Source of the DNA: Candidatus Woesearchaeota archaeon
GTDB lineage: Archaea > Nanobdellota > Nanobdellia > Woesearchaeales > SM23-78
Length of the DNA: 64,000 nucleotides
Assembly: GCA_016930415.1 (NCBI GenBank)
Contig: JAFGGS010000016.1
Coordinates: forward strand, 70,817-134,816
Direction: 5' to 3'
Under the pieces are notes generated by a model, which saw nothing but the letters and a program-made list of their open reading frames with translations, was not told the origin of the DNA and made no database searches. Shown here one piece after another: positions 38,491-48,033 of the stretch (position 1 is its first letter; every line of letters begins with the position of its first letter). A program made the translations under genes and the position numbers.

Positions 38491-39297
38491 CTATTTCTTC
38501 GACGCCTGGCTCAGGGCGAATGACAGTTTATCCACGTCAACCCCATCGAAGATCTTCTTGAGATCAGGATTGGAGCCTAGGGCTTCCTTGAACTTCTCAG
38601 GACTATTGACTATGAGCTCTTTGAGCTTCGGGTTCTCGAGTATGATCTTAGCCAAGTCCTGGATGTTTGCAGGGGCAGGCTCAGTCCCAGGCGAATCGCC
38701 GCCGCCCTGCTTTTTGTCAGGAGCATCCTGTGGCGCGCTCTTTCCAGACGCAGCTGCCGCGCCTCCAGAGCCCCCCGCAGCAAGGCTGTCTGAAGATCCC
38801 TTAGGCATCACCTGCTTTGTTATCGCCATCAATCTCTGGGCGATCAAAGGCTTTATCTTCTCGATCTCCTCTGGCCTCGACTCTCTTGATGGGATGTTGA
38901 AGTTATCAAGTCCGTCGCCGTTTTCACGAGGAACCAAGTGGTATAAGAAGTGAGGGCTCTGCTGGCCTGCGAGGCCGCCATTCGCTATGAAGACAGTGAC
39001 CTTGTCAGTCACCATGGCTGACTTGAGAGCCTTGGCGACTCCCTTGGTTATCCTGAACAAGTGGCCTGAGAGCTCAGGCGGGATGACTGGCAGGAAGGGA
39101 TAATGCTCTTTCGTCATCATGAGGACGTGGCCCTTATAGGCAGGCCTGATGTCCATGATGCAGACCACCTTGTCATCCTCAAAGACTTTCCTAGAGGGGA
39201 TCTCTCCCTTGATTATCTTGCAGAAGATGCAGTTAGACCGCTGATACTCTGCAATCTCCTCAGGAGTCATCTTGTCAAAGTCAGGCTGGTCAGGCAT
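38491..39297 (-). CDS. HIT-fold protein with middle His of triad lost (H-F-L-Y-H), Gly/Ala-rich linker and STI1/DP-like C-terminal repeat region
   Basis: CIFCKIIKGEIPSRKVFEDDKVVCIMDIRPAYKGHVLMMTKEH core. SPHFLYHLVPR at the triad. The C-terminal NPKLKELIVNSPEKFKEALGSNPDLKKIF resembles STI1 motifs. Confidence 0.5.
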   Translation of the reverse strand: MPDQPDFDKMTPEEIAEYQRSNCIFCKIIKGEIPSRKVFEDDKVVCIMDIRPAYKGHVLMMTKEHYPFLPVIPPELSGHLFRITKGVAKALKSAMVTDKVTVFIANGGLAGQQSPHFLYHLVPRENGDGLDNFNIPSRESRPEEIEKIKPLIAQRLMAITKQVMPKGSSDSLAAGGSGGAAAASGKSAPQDAPDKKQGGGDSPGTEPAPANIQDLAKIILENPKLKELIVNSPEKFKEALGSNPDLKKIFDGVDVDKLSFALSQASKK

Positions 39298-39358
39298 GAG
39301 AAGGAGAAAGAAGGAAGGGAGTTAATAAAAGTTACGGAACTTATCATTGAACTATGGT

Positions 39359-40549
39359 TTACTTGCTGCTCACGATCTCTATCACGTCCCTGTGCTTAAG
39401 AGGGTAGTCCTTGCCTAGGGTCTTCTTGGTGCGCACGTCAATCGCCCTGATGAAGCCTTTTGCCAAGTCTGTGTGGATAGTGTTTGCGAAGTCAAGGGCT
39501 GTCGAGCCCTCTTTCAATAGGAAGCAGTCCGGAAGCACCCTGCCCTCGCTGTCTGCGAGCTTGTTCACGCCGCCTGGAAAGATCGCGATCTTCTTCAACA
39601 CGTCGAACACCATGGAGTCTATGAGTCTCTGGACTCCTGTGCCTCCGAACCTGTCAAGCACGTTCACCTTGATATAATCAAGCCCCTTCTTCTGGGCGTC
39701 GCTCAAGGGCTTGAGCACCTCGAACGAATCGCTTCCAGGGATGTACTTGATGAATCCGTGGTTGGCTGCCTCGCGGAGCGCAAGCTCGCTCTCGGCAGAT
39801 ATCGGGATCACAGTGTACTCGGGATAGGCAGCTTTGAGCCGCTCGTAGTTCTCAAAGGCTCCAGGCACATCCATCTTGTTCGCAGCGATCACTATCGGCT
39901 TAGTCGTCTTCCTGATCTCTTTTATCAAGACCATCACATCGTCATTGCTCCACTTAGTGAATTCAGGGCTGAAATTAAGCCTCTTGAGGAGTTCTTTTGC
40001 CAGGTCTTCTGTGACGTCAAAGGCGCTCATCTGCTTCGCGATCAGCCTGAAAGGCTCTAGGTGGACTTGCTGGGCAGCCCTTGCCTGCCGCGCCCACACC
40101 TTCATCAATATGCCATACATCCACTGGTGGATCTCATCCTCCAAGAACTTGACGTCGTCTAATGGGTCGTGGCCTGCCTTTCCAAGGTACTCGCCTCGTT
40201 CGTTCGTGAAGCCTGAGGCGTCAATCACGTGTATCAATGCGTCTGCGTGGTTCAGGTCGTCTAAGAACTTGTTGCCTAGTCCCTTGCCCTCGTGAGCCCC
40301 AGGGACCAGGCCTGCGACGTCAATCACCTCGACCGGCACGAACCTCTTGTGATCAATGCAAAAACCCACTCTTGGATTGCACTGCACGCCCAAGTCCTTG
40401 TCAGCGCATGGAATGCTTACGTGCGCAAACCCTTTGTTAGGCTCGATTGTCGCGAAGGGATAGTTCGCTATCAGGATGTTAGCGAGCGTCAGGCTCTTGA
40501 AGAAAGTGCTCTTTCCGCAGTTAGGCTTACCTACTATTCCGACTAGCAT
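39359..40549 (-). CDS. Obg-family GTPase, YchF/OLA1-like archaeal type with C-terminal TGS domain
   Basis: G1 GKPNCGKSTFF, NYPFATIEPN, the DVAGLV.GA switch and a TGS-like C terminus. Confidence 0.7.
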   Translation of the reverse strand: MLVGIVGKPNCGKSTFFKSLTLANILIANYPFATIEPNKGFAHVSIPCADKDLGVQCNPRVGFCIDHKRFVPVEVIDVAGLVPGAHEGKGLGNKFLDDLNHADALIHVIDASGFTNERGEYLGKAGHDPLDDVKFLEDEIHQWMYGILMKVWARQARAAQQVHLEPFRLIAKQMSAFDVTEDLAKELLKRLNFSPEFTKWSNDDVMVLIKEIRKTTKPIVIAANKMDVPGAFENYERLKAAYPEYTVIPISAESELALREAANHGFIKYIPGSDSFEVLKPLSDAQKKGLDYIKVNVLDRFGGTGVQRLIDSMVFDVLKKIAIFPGGVNKLADSEGRVLPDCFLLKEGSTALDFANTIHTDLAKGFIRAIDVRTKKTLGKDYPLKHRDVIEIVSSK

Positions 40550-40637
40550 GGTGGAGAAGCGTAAAGAACAAGGGATTTAAGAAGTTTGCTAATTGGACTG
40601 TTGATCAGATATCAGTTGATCATATATCAATCAGGCA

Positions 40638-41174
40638 TCATATTGATTGAAGCTCTTTCTTGGTCTTCTTGCCCTTGAGCCTCACCAGTAACCCTGGCGC
40701 GCCCACGACTGTCGAGTCGTGAGGTACGTTCTTGTTCACGATCACGGTCTCAGCGCCGATCTTGACGTTGCTGCCGATGACGCAAGGGCCTAGGATGGTC
40801 GCGTTAGCTCCTATGAACACGTTGCTGCCAATCGTGGGATGCCTCTTTCCTGTGTGCTTGCCAGTCCCTCCGAGGGTGACGCCGTGGAAGAGCACGCAGT
40901 TCTTCCCTATCTCTGCAGTCTCTCCGATCACGACTCCCATGCCGTGGTCTATGAAGAGTCCTGGCTTTATCGAGGCGCCCGGGTGTATCTCGACTCCTGT
41001 GAAGAACCTGGCTAGTTGCGAGAATAGCCTTGCTAAGAACCTGAGCCTGATCTTATAGAGCGGGTGGCCTATCAGCTTGTGGCATAGGATTGCGTGAAGC
41101 CCAGGGTAGAGTATCGGTTCTAAGCCCCTAGCTGCAGGATCGTTCCTGTAGATCGCCTTTATCTCCTGGATCAT
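40638..41174 (-). CDS. cysE: serine O-acetyltransferase (left-handed beta-helix hexapeptide family)
   Basis: Hexapeptide repeats and the CysE-like N terminus ([22 protein letters not shown]). Confidence 0.6.
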   Translation of the reverse strand: MIQEIKAIYRNDPAARGLEPILYPGLHAILCHKLIGHPLYKIRLRFLARLFSQLARFFTGVEIHPGASIKPGLFIDHGMGVVIGETAEIGKNCVLFHGVTLGGTGKHTGKRHPTIGSNVFIGANATILGPCVIGSNVKIGAETVIVNKNVPHDSTVVGAPGLLVRLKGKKTKKELQSI

Positions 41175-41259
41175 GATAAGTCAAACCTTGATTTCAAGCC
41201 TGAAAATATTCAGACGATAATAGTACTAGAATAGCAAGTCTACGCTTGTTTTTAAATCT

Positions 41260-41562
41260 TTACTTGACGTACAAGAAACGGTCTTCCCCGAGGTATCTGC
41301 CGTATCGCTTCTCGTAGCACTGCATGCAGAGGCTCCACCCGCCCTTGATGAACTTGAACTGGGCGCATCCGATGCACTTCTTCTTGTAATTAGGGAGCTT
41401 GTAGTTCTTCTTGGGCTTCACAGGCTTAGCAGGGGCAGGGGGGGCTCTTGTGAAGATTGATTGCGCAGGAGCCTTCTTCCTGACGACGCGCTTGGTCTTT
41501 CTCTTAGAAATCCTTGATTTCGAGGCTTTTGAAGCCTTCTTTGCTTTCTTCTTGACTGCCAT
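41260..41562 (-). CDS. small very basic protein with C-terminal CxxC..CxxC zinc ribbon (hypothetical nucleic-acid binding)
   Basis: MAVKKKAKKASKASKSRISKRK...KKCIGCAQFKF...CMQCY. The start is set at the ATG at 41562. Confidence 0.4.
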   Translation of the reverse strand: MAVKKKAKKASKASKSRISKRKTKRVVRKKAPAQSIFTRAPPAPAKPVKPKKNYKLPNYKKKCIGCAQFKFIKGGWSLCMQCYEKRYGRYLGEDRFLYVK

Positions 41563-41690
41563 GCATACACCCCAAGTATACACCCCAATATATGTTCTTA
41601 CTTATATAGTTTTGGGTAGAATCATTAGTTATCGCGTGTTTCCATAATTTTTTTAAACCAAGCCCTGTTTCTCCAGGTCCAGACGGTGAG

Positions 41691-43340
41691 GTGAAACAGA
41701 TGAGCTCAAATAAGGATAATCAACCAATATTCATTCTAGCAGACAACACCAAGAGGACAACAGGACGAGAAGCCCAGCGCATGAACATCCTGGCAGCAAA
41801 GCTGGTCGCAGAGACAGTCAGGACGACCCTAGGCCCGAAAGGCATGGACAAGATGCTGGTGGACAGCGTCGGGAGCATAACTGTCACGAACGACGGAGTA
41901 ACAATCCTTGAAGAGATGAACATCGACCACCCGAGCGCCAAGATGATAGTGGAAATCGCAAAGACGCAGGAAGACGAGGTCGGAGACGGTACGACAACAG
42001 CAGTAGTCCTCGCAGGAGAACTGTTGAAAAAGGCTGAAGGTCTCCTAGACCAGGAAATCCATCCTACAGTCATCGCCAAAGGCTACAGGCTGGCGGCTGA
42101 GAAGGCACGCGAAGTCCTAAACGCAATGGCAGAGAACATCACGTTCGAAGATGATGACTTGTTGGGGAAGATTGCAATGACAGCGATGACCGGCAAGGGC
42201 GCGGAAGCCAGCAAGGAACTCTTGTCAGGGCTCGTCGTCAAGGCAGTGAAGAGGGTGAGTTCGAAGCACAAGGATGGAATAAGCATAGACCAGGATGACA
42301 TCAAGATCGAGAAGAAGCTAGGCGGCGGGGTCGAGGAGAGCTCGCTCATAGAGGGAATCGCGCTTGACAAGGAGCGGGTCCACTCCAGCATGCCAAAGAA
42401 GGTCGAGTCTGCAAAGATCGCGCTCATAGACTCTGCAATAGAAGTCAAGAGCACTGAGATAGACGCGAAGATAAGCATAAGCGATCCTGAGAAGATGCAG
42501 GCGTTCCTGGACATGGAAGAGAACATGCTAAGAAAGATGGTTGACAGGATCGCGGCGAGCAAGGCAAGCGTCGTCTTCTGTCAGAAAGGCATAGATGACA
42601 CTGCCCAGCACTTCCTGGCAAAGAAAGGCATACTCGCGGCCCGCAGAGTGACCAAGTCAGACCTTGAAAAGCTCTCAAAAGCCACGGGAGGCAAGATCAT
42701 AAACGACCTCTCAGACCTCCAGGAGAAAGACCTTGGAAAAGCAGGCGTGGTAGAGGAAGTCAGGTTCGGAGATGAGCAGATGATACTGGTGAAGGACTGC
42801 AAGAACCCTAAGTCAGTCACGCTCCTGGTGAGGGGATCGACTGAGCACGTCGTGGCCGAAGTCAAGAGGGCTGTCGAGGACGCGATAGGAGACACCATCG
42901 CGGCGCTCAGAAGCCAGAAAGTGGTCGCAGGCGCAGGCGCCCCTGAGATAGAGCTTGCAAAGAGCCTTCACAAGTTCTCTGAGAGCTTCGGCGGACGAGA
43001 GCAACTGGCGATAAAAGCCTTTGCAGAGGCTATGGAAGTGATTCCAAGGACCCTTGCAGAGAACGCAGGCTTGGATCCGATCGACGTACTCACTGAGCTT
43101 CGCGCAGCTCATGACAAGAAATCCAATTGGTCAGGCATAAACGTGTTCAGCGGCAAGGTGATGGACGCGTGGAAAGAAGGGGTCTTAGAACCCTTGAAGA
43201 TAAAGACCCAAGCAGTGTCTAGCGCGGCAGAAGTCGCTGTCATGATCCTGCGGATCGATGATGTCATAGCAGGCGGCCCTGACAAGATGCCTGTCCTAGG
43301 TCAGGGCGGGATGCCTCCTGGAGGGATGGGGGAATACTAA
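41691..43340 (+). CDS. ths: thermosome subunit (group II chaperonin)
   Basis: 549 aa. The GDGTTT nucleotide-binding motif and the group II chaperonin C-terminal [10 protein letters not shown] tail. Confidence 0.95.
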   Translation: MKQMSSNKDNQPIFILADNTKRTTGREAQRMNILAAKLVAETVRTTLGPKGMDKMLVDSVGSITVTNDGVTILEEMNIDHPSAKMIVEIAKTQEDEVGDGTTTAVVLAGELLKKAEGLLDQEIHPTVIAKGYRLAAEKAREVLNAMAENITFEDDDLLGKIAMTAMTGKGAEASKELLSGLVVKAVKRVSSKHKDGISIDQDDIKIEKKLGGGVEESSLIEGIALDKERVHSSMPKKVESAKIALIDSAIEVKSTEIDAKISISDPEKMQAFLDMEENMLRKMVDRIAASKASVVFCQKGIDDTAQHFLAKKGILAARRVTKSDLEKLSKATGGKIINDLSDLQEKDLGKAGVVEEVRFGDEQMILVKDCKNPKSVTLLVRGSTEHVVAEVKRAVEDAIGDTIAALRSQKVVAGAGAPEIELAKSLHKFSESFGGREQLAIKAFAEAMEVIPRTLAENAGLDPIDVLTELRAAHDKKSNWSGINVFSGKVMDAWKEGVLEPLKIKTQAVSSAAEVAVMILRIDDVIAGGPDKMPVLGQGGMPPGGMGEY

Positions 43341-43440
43341 CCTCTTAATCTCTTAAAAACATGACTGGATGGAAAAATATTAATAAGAATAATTCTGGAA
43401 TAGAACATAGAAGCAGTTTTTAGACCCTGGGTGAAGGGTT

Positions 43441-44040
43441 ATGAATGAGTTAAAGCTAGGCATTGTTGAGAAGAAGGCCAGTTCAGGCTCCCACTTCATG
43501 CTCCTCTACGAGAACGAGAAAGACCTGGTGGAAGCATATTCAAAATTTTACTCCCAAGGCCTCAAGGATGACGAGTTTTGCATGTTCGCATACAAGGATC
43601 CTGAACTGATGATAAAGATAAAGAAGGAGATGTCAAGCTCAGTCGACGTCAACCACTTCGAGGCAGAGGGACAGATCCTGTTCTTGGAGAAGGACGACGT
43701 TTACTTCGAGAAGGACAAGTTCGACAAGGAGAAGGTCTATCAGTTCCTCAAGGAAGAGCTTACGATCAGGAAGGCGTCTGGAAAAGGGATCAGGGCAGGC
43801 GGGGACATATCCTGGCTAAAAGAAGACTTGTTCGACCAGTTCGCAGACTACGAGGAAGGATTGACTGAAAATTTCTACAAGGAAAGGATGCTGATACTGT
43901 GCGCCTACCCCGTTGGGAAGCTCTCAGTCGCTAGGATGATCAGGATAATGACCGCGCATCCGTTCGTGATACACAAGGAAAAAGGGGCTTGGCAGATAAC
44001 TGACAGCGCTGAGAAAGAACTACGCCAGAAGATCGCGTGA
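43441..44040 (+). CDS. MEDS-domain protein (stand-alone sensory-like domain)
   Basis: HFMLLYENEKDLVEAYSKFYSQGLKDDEFCMFA ... MLILCAYP pattern typical of MEDS. Confidence 0.45.
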   Translation: MNELKLGIVEKKASSGSHFMLLYENEKDLVEAYSKFYSQGLKDDEFCMFAYKDPELMIKIKKEMSSSVDVNHFEAEGQILFLEKDDVYFEKDKFDKEKVYQFLKEELTIRKASGKGIRAGGDISWLKEDLFDQFADYEEGLTENFYKERMLILCAYPVGKLSVARMIRIMTAHPFVIHKEKGAWQITDSAEKELRQKIA

Positions 44041-44118
44041 AGTCCTTGATATCACCGTAAAGTTTAAATATCTCCAATCTAAAAGGCATGATAAAAGAAG
44101 AGGTGCATATACCTAGAG

Positions 44119-44730
44119 GTGAATGTATTCTTGGCCATTGATGAGGATTACGAGCTTATACCAAGGCACGAGCTTGACGCTCTCAAGAAGGAGATAGAGA
44201 AGCTCAAGCGGAATCCGCTAGGCGACGTGCCGGAAGGCGAGAGCATCCTGGAATCGATCAACAACATGAACGAGACCATGAAGAAGCTGATAGAGCTCTT
44301 CACGAACACAGAGACGGACCTGGCAAAGGAATACGCAGAGACGAACCCAGTCGAGGAGCTGAGGAACGTGAAGGAACAGAACGAGCAGATAGCTCAAGGC
44401 ATACTAGCGCTCGCTGACATGATAAAAGAGGTCAAGGAAGACGTGGCCAGGCATGACGATGCCATGAAGAAGAACCAGGGAGGGATGGGAGGAAACCCGT
44501 TCGACATGGGTGGAATGCCTCCGATGAGTGGAGGAAACATGCCAGGAGGGAATGATCCCTTCGCAATGCCGATGGACAATCAGCCGCCCCAAGGGATGCC
44601 GCCGATGAATGACGAGATGCCATCCATGCCTGACTTCAACCAGCCGATGGGGCTGCCTCCAAATCAAGGACCTGCTCCGCCTCAAGGGATGGGACAAGTG
44701 CCTCCTAAGAAGAAGGGATTCTTCAGATGA
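44119..44730 (+). CDS. coiled-coil protein with Met/Gly/Pro/Asn-rich low-complexity C-terminal tail
   Basis: GTG start. The N-terminal ~115 aa are helical heptads. The C-terminal ~85 aa are GGMPPMSGGNMPGGN-type repeats. Confidence 0.4.
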   Translation: MNVFLAIDEDYELIPRHELDALKKEIEKLKRNPLGDVPEGESILESINNMNETMKKLIELFTNTETDLAKEYAETNPVEELRNVKEQNEQIAQGILALADMIKEVKEDVARHDDAMKKNQGGMGGNPFDMGGMPPMSGGNMPGGNDPFAMPMDNQPPQGMPPMNDEMPSMPDFNQPMGLPPNQGPAPPQGMGQVPPKKKGFFR

Positions 44731-44960
44731 TGTTTCGAAGCCACACCCGAGAATTCTTGGTTAAAGCCGCGATGCACGCAAAGCACGCGCGCATGAAAGA
44801 GCTCAACCATTTAGAGACAGAGCTCATGGTCGCAGAGTCGCTCCTCCACGAGCTGCGAGACAACGACTACCCTGAAGTCGAGCTATTGGACTACAACACA
44901 GAGATACAAGCCATAAGAATGCTCATAAAAGAACGGAAAGTCAGGCTTACGATGGAATAA
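44727..44960 (+). CDS. small helical protein, translationally coupled (ATGA overlap) to the preceding gene
   Basis: 77 aa. Start overlaps the upstream stop. Confidence 0.35.
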   Translation: MMFRSHTREFLVKAAMHAKHARMKELNHLETELMVAESLLHELRDNDYPEVELLDYNTEIQAIRMLIKERKVRLTME

Positions 44961-44985
44961 TGAGATAATTCTAAGAAAAACGTTC

Positions 44986-45156
44986 TCAAAGATCCCTGCC
45001 CATGACAGTCCTGCGACTGTTCTCCTTCGCCCGCCAGACCGCCTTCTGGACCATCTGATTCACCTTCTCATTCAAGACGTCAGAGAAGTCAGCGGACACG
45101 CTCATGTCACCGCAAGCCTCGCGGACCTTCGCCTTGACAACCAATAACTCGACCAT
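44986..45156 (-). CDS. histone-fold-like mini protein (HMf-like alpha1-L1-alpha2-L2, no alpha3), not in ORF track (<60 aa)
   Basis: MVELLVVKAKVREACGDMSVSADFSDVLNEKVNQMVQKAVWRAKENSRRTVMGRDL aligns with HMfB [61 protein letters not shown] RBS. TATA-like TTTTTTATAAT about 58 nt upstream. Confidence 0.45.
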   Translation of the reverse strand: MVELLVVKAKVREACGDMSVSADFSDVLNEKVNQMVQKAVWRAKENSRRTVMGRDL

Positions 45157-45244
45157 TAAACATCACCTTGCCCTGGAACGAAACAGATGCCTACATGGAC
45201 AAGAGAAGATTATAAAAAAGTTTTCTTTTTCCAGGCACGGACAG

Positions 45245-46084
45245 CTAGAATATCTTCCTGATCTCCTTTGCCCTGCTCTCATAATCCAGGGAGACGCGAA
45301 ACAGGCTCCAGAAGACCTTCTCCAGCCAGGATATCCAGTCATGATCGTAGAACTCATAGAATATCCTTGTGTTCTTGACGAGCTCGCCTTTCTTGTACTT
45401 CAAGGCGCTCTCCTCATTCTTGAACCTTCCGAGCTTGCCGTCAATAAGGAAGCCTCGCAGGGGATGATAAGAGTGCCTTACTTCGATCAGGTCAGGGTAT
45501 TTCTTGATGAGAAGAGATAGCTTGGATATGTTAGACAACGAGGCGAGGTTGACCCTGCACAGTATCTTCACAGATATCTTCTTTTTCAGGAGTTCTTCCA
45601 TGACGCTCAGGACTGATTTTCCGTTCTCCTTGGTGTTCAGGAATGATAGGTTGCCTGAGAAGACATACACGTAGTTCTCTGCACGGCGCAGGAGATGGGA
45701 TATAGGGTATCCCTTGGTAATCTCACCCTCCTCGTACTGCTCTGAATAGGCTTTTTTATTGCTTGCAGGGATGAACTGGTATATCCCCATGAAGTCCAGG
45801 TCGTTCTTTGTTCTCCCTATCCTGATCTTCTGGAAGATCCTATCCTTCAGGTCGTCGCTGGAAACGTTGGATGAACTGGCTGGAAAGACTATCTTCAACG
45901 CGGCCTGCGATCCTTTCCTGAACGTCTTGATGTCAATCAGGCCCGTGTCCTCCTTTATCTGCTGAAGGTATGATTCTGTCGTGACCCAGCTCCTACCTAT
46001 GAGTTTCGAGACGTCCTGCACTGTGCGCGGCTCTTTCTTGACGAATTCGACGATGCGCTTTATGTCTGTCTGGCTTAGCTTCAA
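45245..46084 (-). CDS. putative transcriptional regulator: N-terminal winged HTH + uncharacterized C-terminal domain
   Basis: N-terminal TDIKRIVEFVKKEPRTVQDVSKLIGRSWVTTESYLQQI HTH. The C-terminal ~180 aa are unknown (weak HxK..D-like RHSYHPLRGFLIDGK). Confidence 0.45.
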   Translation of the reverse strand: MKLSQTDIKRIVEFVKKEPRTVQDVSKLIGRSWVTTESYLQQIKEDTGLIDIKTFRKGSQAALKIVFPASSSNVSSDDLKDRIFQKIRIGRTKNDLDFMGIYQFIPASNKKAYSEQYEEGEITKGYPISHLLRRAENYVYVFSGNLSFLNTKENGKSVLSVMEELLKKKISVKILCRVNLASLSNISKLSLLIKKYPDLIEVRHSYHPLRGFLIDGKLGRFKNEESALKYKKGELVKNTRIFYEFYDHDWISWLEKVFWSLFRVSLDYESRAKEIRKIF

Positions 46085-46211
46085 TCAAGTCACCCCTCAC
46101 ATCAGCAAAGAGGAATAGGTATTTAAAGTTTTTCCATTTTTAAAACAATAAGCATATTTTCTAAAACTTATTTTTATATAAACTAAAACACTTAATATAA
46201 TCATTCAGGAG

Positions 46212-46730
46212 GTGGAGAGCATGAAAGGGATTGAAGCGCATCTCGAGGAGATGGAGAAGCTGAAAGGGGAGCTGGCAGCAAAGACGATGGAACTGGCAGC
46301 AGCAATGAAAGCAGGCATAGAGAAACAAAAGGACGTGTGGAAGAAGATACCGCGGCTAGCGCTCCTAGCAGAAGGCAGGTGCGGAGGAAGGTCACATCTC
46401 CTCTTCAAGGCATTCTCCCAGCGAAGATGGGTCCTCCACATAACAGGACATGGGCCTGAGAGGACAGAGATCTACATCGACCTAGACACGGGAGAGCTAA
46501 GGACAGAGTCAGATTATTGCTGGTGCCCAGCCAGTCCTGAACTCACAGCAGTGGCAGCCTGCCACGCAGAGCACCTAGACGCGGAAAAGATCGCAGATGA
46601 CCTGAAGCGCATTGCAAGAGCCCCTCTGGAACCAGGAGTGTTCTACAGCGAAGATCACTATGAAAGCACCATCGCCAAGAGGAAAAGGGACTTCGGGATG
46701 CTTGAGCAGATGGTCACCATAGAGCAATAA
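46212..46730 (+). CDS. hypothetical protein (N-terminal coiled coil, Cys/His-containing C-terminal half)
   Basis: 172-aa ORF with GGAGG RBS and an AT-rich promoter region. Divergent from the HTH gene. Confidence 0.45.
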   Translation: MESMKGIEAHLEEMEKLKGELAAKTMELAAAMKAGIEKQKDVWKKIPRLALLAEGRCGGRSHLLFKAFSQRRWVLHITGHGPERTEIYIDLDTGELRTESDYCWCPASPELTAVAACHAEHLDAEKIADDLKRIARAPLEPGVFYSEDHYESTIAKRKRDFGMLEQMVTIEQ

Positions 46731-46764
46731 GCAGCCTACGAAGCTGACAAACGCTTGGAAAGAG

Positions 46765-47538
46765 ATGGAGGAAGATAAAATGGATGCAAAGACCTTTGAA
46801 TATAAAGACCCATATTTCCTGAACCGCCTGGTGATGCTAATCTCAGGCGAGAGATGCGATTTTTCAGCGACCCTAAGGCCAGACATCCCTGAGTTCATAC
46901 AAGCAGCGGAGTGCGCAAGGGCCTTCAGCGCAAGCTCCCCTGACTTTCCGGACTTGGACAAGCAGCTAAGGGAAAAACAGCTATCACGCGACCAGAAGCA
47001 CGCGCTAGTCATGATGGCGATGTGCGAGAAGCACGGCGTCATGCCCTTCTGGAACTTGAGATTCGACTACAGCTACCGCCAATTCGATGAACCAAAGATA
47101 AAATACGTGGGGTACAACTTCGGATGCACAGTGCACGACGAACCATACCTGACATGCGTCCATCCAATCCAATTCACGAAAGGCAGCAAGTGGTACAGCA
47201 TAACCTTTGAGGAAGTCGCAGGGAAAGAGAACACCAACAGGGCGAAGCTCGCCATCTCCAGGTTCACGGAGCAAGGCTACTTAGTCGTAGGCATATATGC
47301 CCACCTCGACCCCTACATCAGAAGTGGAGACCATTACTGCGACTACAAAGAATCCAAGTCACAGATGCATGCAAGAGATGGGAAAGTCACGTTCTGGGGC
47401 GAGGTCCCTGAAGGATTCGACCTCAGCGGCCTTGACATAATCAAAGCCGAACAGATGAGAAGACAGCTGCCAGAACCCAAGCTCCTGGAGAAACTAGTAG
47501 ACTCTATAGGAGGAACAAGTTCCATAAGCAAGCAATAA
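46765..47538 (+). CDS. hypothetical protein
   Basis: 257-aa ORF 34 nt downstream of the previous gene. No motif recognised. Confidence 0.45.
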   Translation: MEEDKMDAKTFEYKDPYFLNRLVMLISGERCDFSATLRPDIPEFIQAAECARAFSASSPDFPDLDKQLREKQLSRDQKHALVMMAMCEKHGVMPFWNLRFDYSYRQFDEPKIKYVGYNFGCTVHDEPYLTCVHPIQFTKGSKWYSITFEEVAGKENTNRAKLAISRFTEQGYLVVGIYAHLDPYIRSGDHYCDYKESKSQMHARDGKVTFWGEVPEGFDLSGLDIIKAEQMRRQLPEPKLLEKLVDSIGGTSSISKQ

Positions 47539-47589
47539 GATGAGACGCTAAGAGCTAACTTTAAAAACCAGCAACACATCCCAGATATC

Positions 47590-47994
47590 ATGCAAGAGAC
47601 TCTCCTTTTCTCAACTGATGCAAAGCAAGGGCTCTACGACATCACAAGCGAGGTCGAGAGGATCGTGTCTGAGAGCAAGGTCCAGTCGGGGCTAGCGCAC
47701 GTATTCATCCAGGGAAGCACTGCGGCCATAATGATCCAGGAGAACTGGGATGAGAGCGTCCAGAATGATGTGATAACGCTCTTGTCAAAGCTCGTGCCTG
47801 CCGGCGTCTGGGAGCACGACGAGCACGACGGCAATGGAGACGCGCACCTCAAAGCCGGAATCATAGGCCCGCAAGAGACCATCCCGATAATCGACGGCAA
47901 GCTAGGCCTCGGGCGGTGGCAGAACATCTTCCTATGCGAGTTCGACGGACCGAGAAGGGATAGGAATGTAGTGGTTACGGTCTTAAAGAATTGA
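47590..47994 (+). CDS. YjbQ/UPF0047-family protein
   Basis: LAHVFIQGSTAAI, HDGNGDAHLKA and GRWQNIF motifs. Confidence 0.7.
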   Translation: MQETLLFSTDAKQGLYDITSEVERIVSESKVQSGLAHVFIQGSTAAIMIQENWDESVQNDVITLLSKLVPAGVWEHDEHDGNGDAHLKAGIIGPQETIPIIDGKLGLGRWQNIFLCEFDGPRRDRNVVVTVLKN

Positions 47995-48033
47995 GAGCGC
48001 CGCGGTATCGGAAGCATATCAAGCTAGCGGCGG

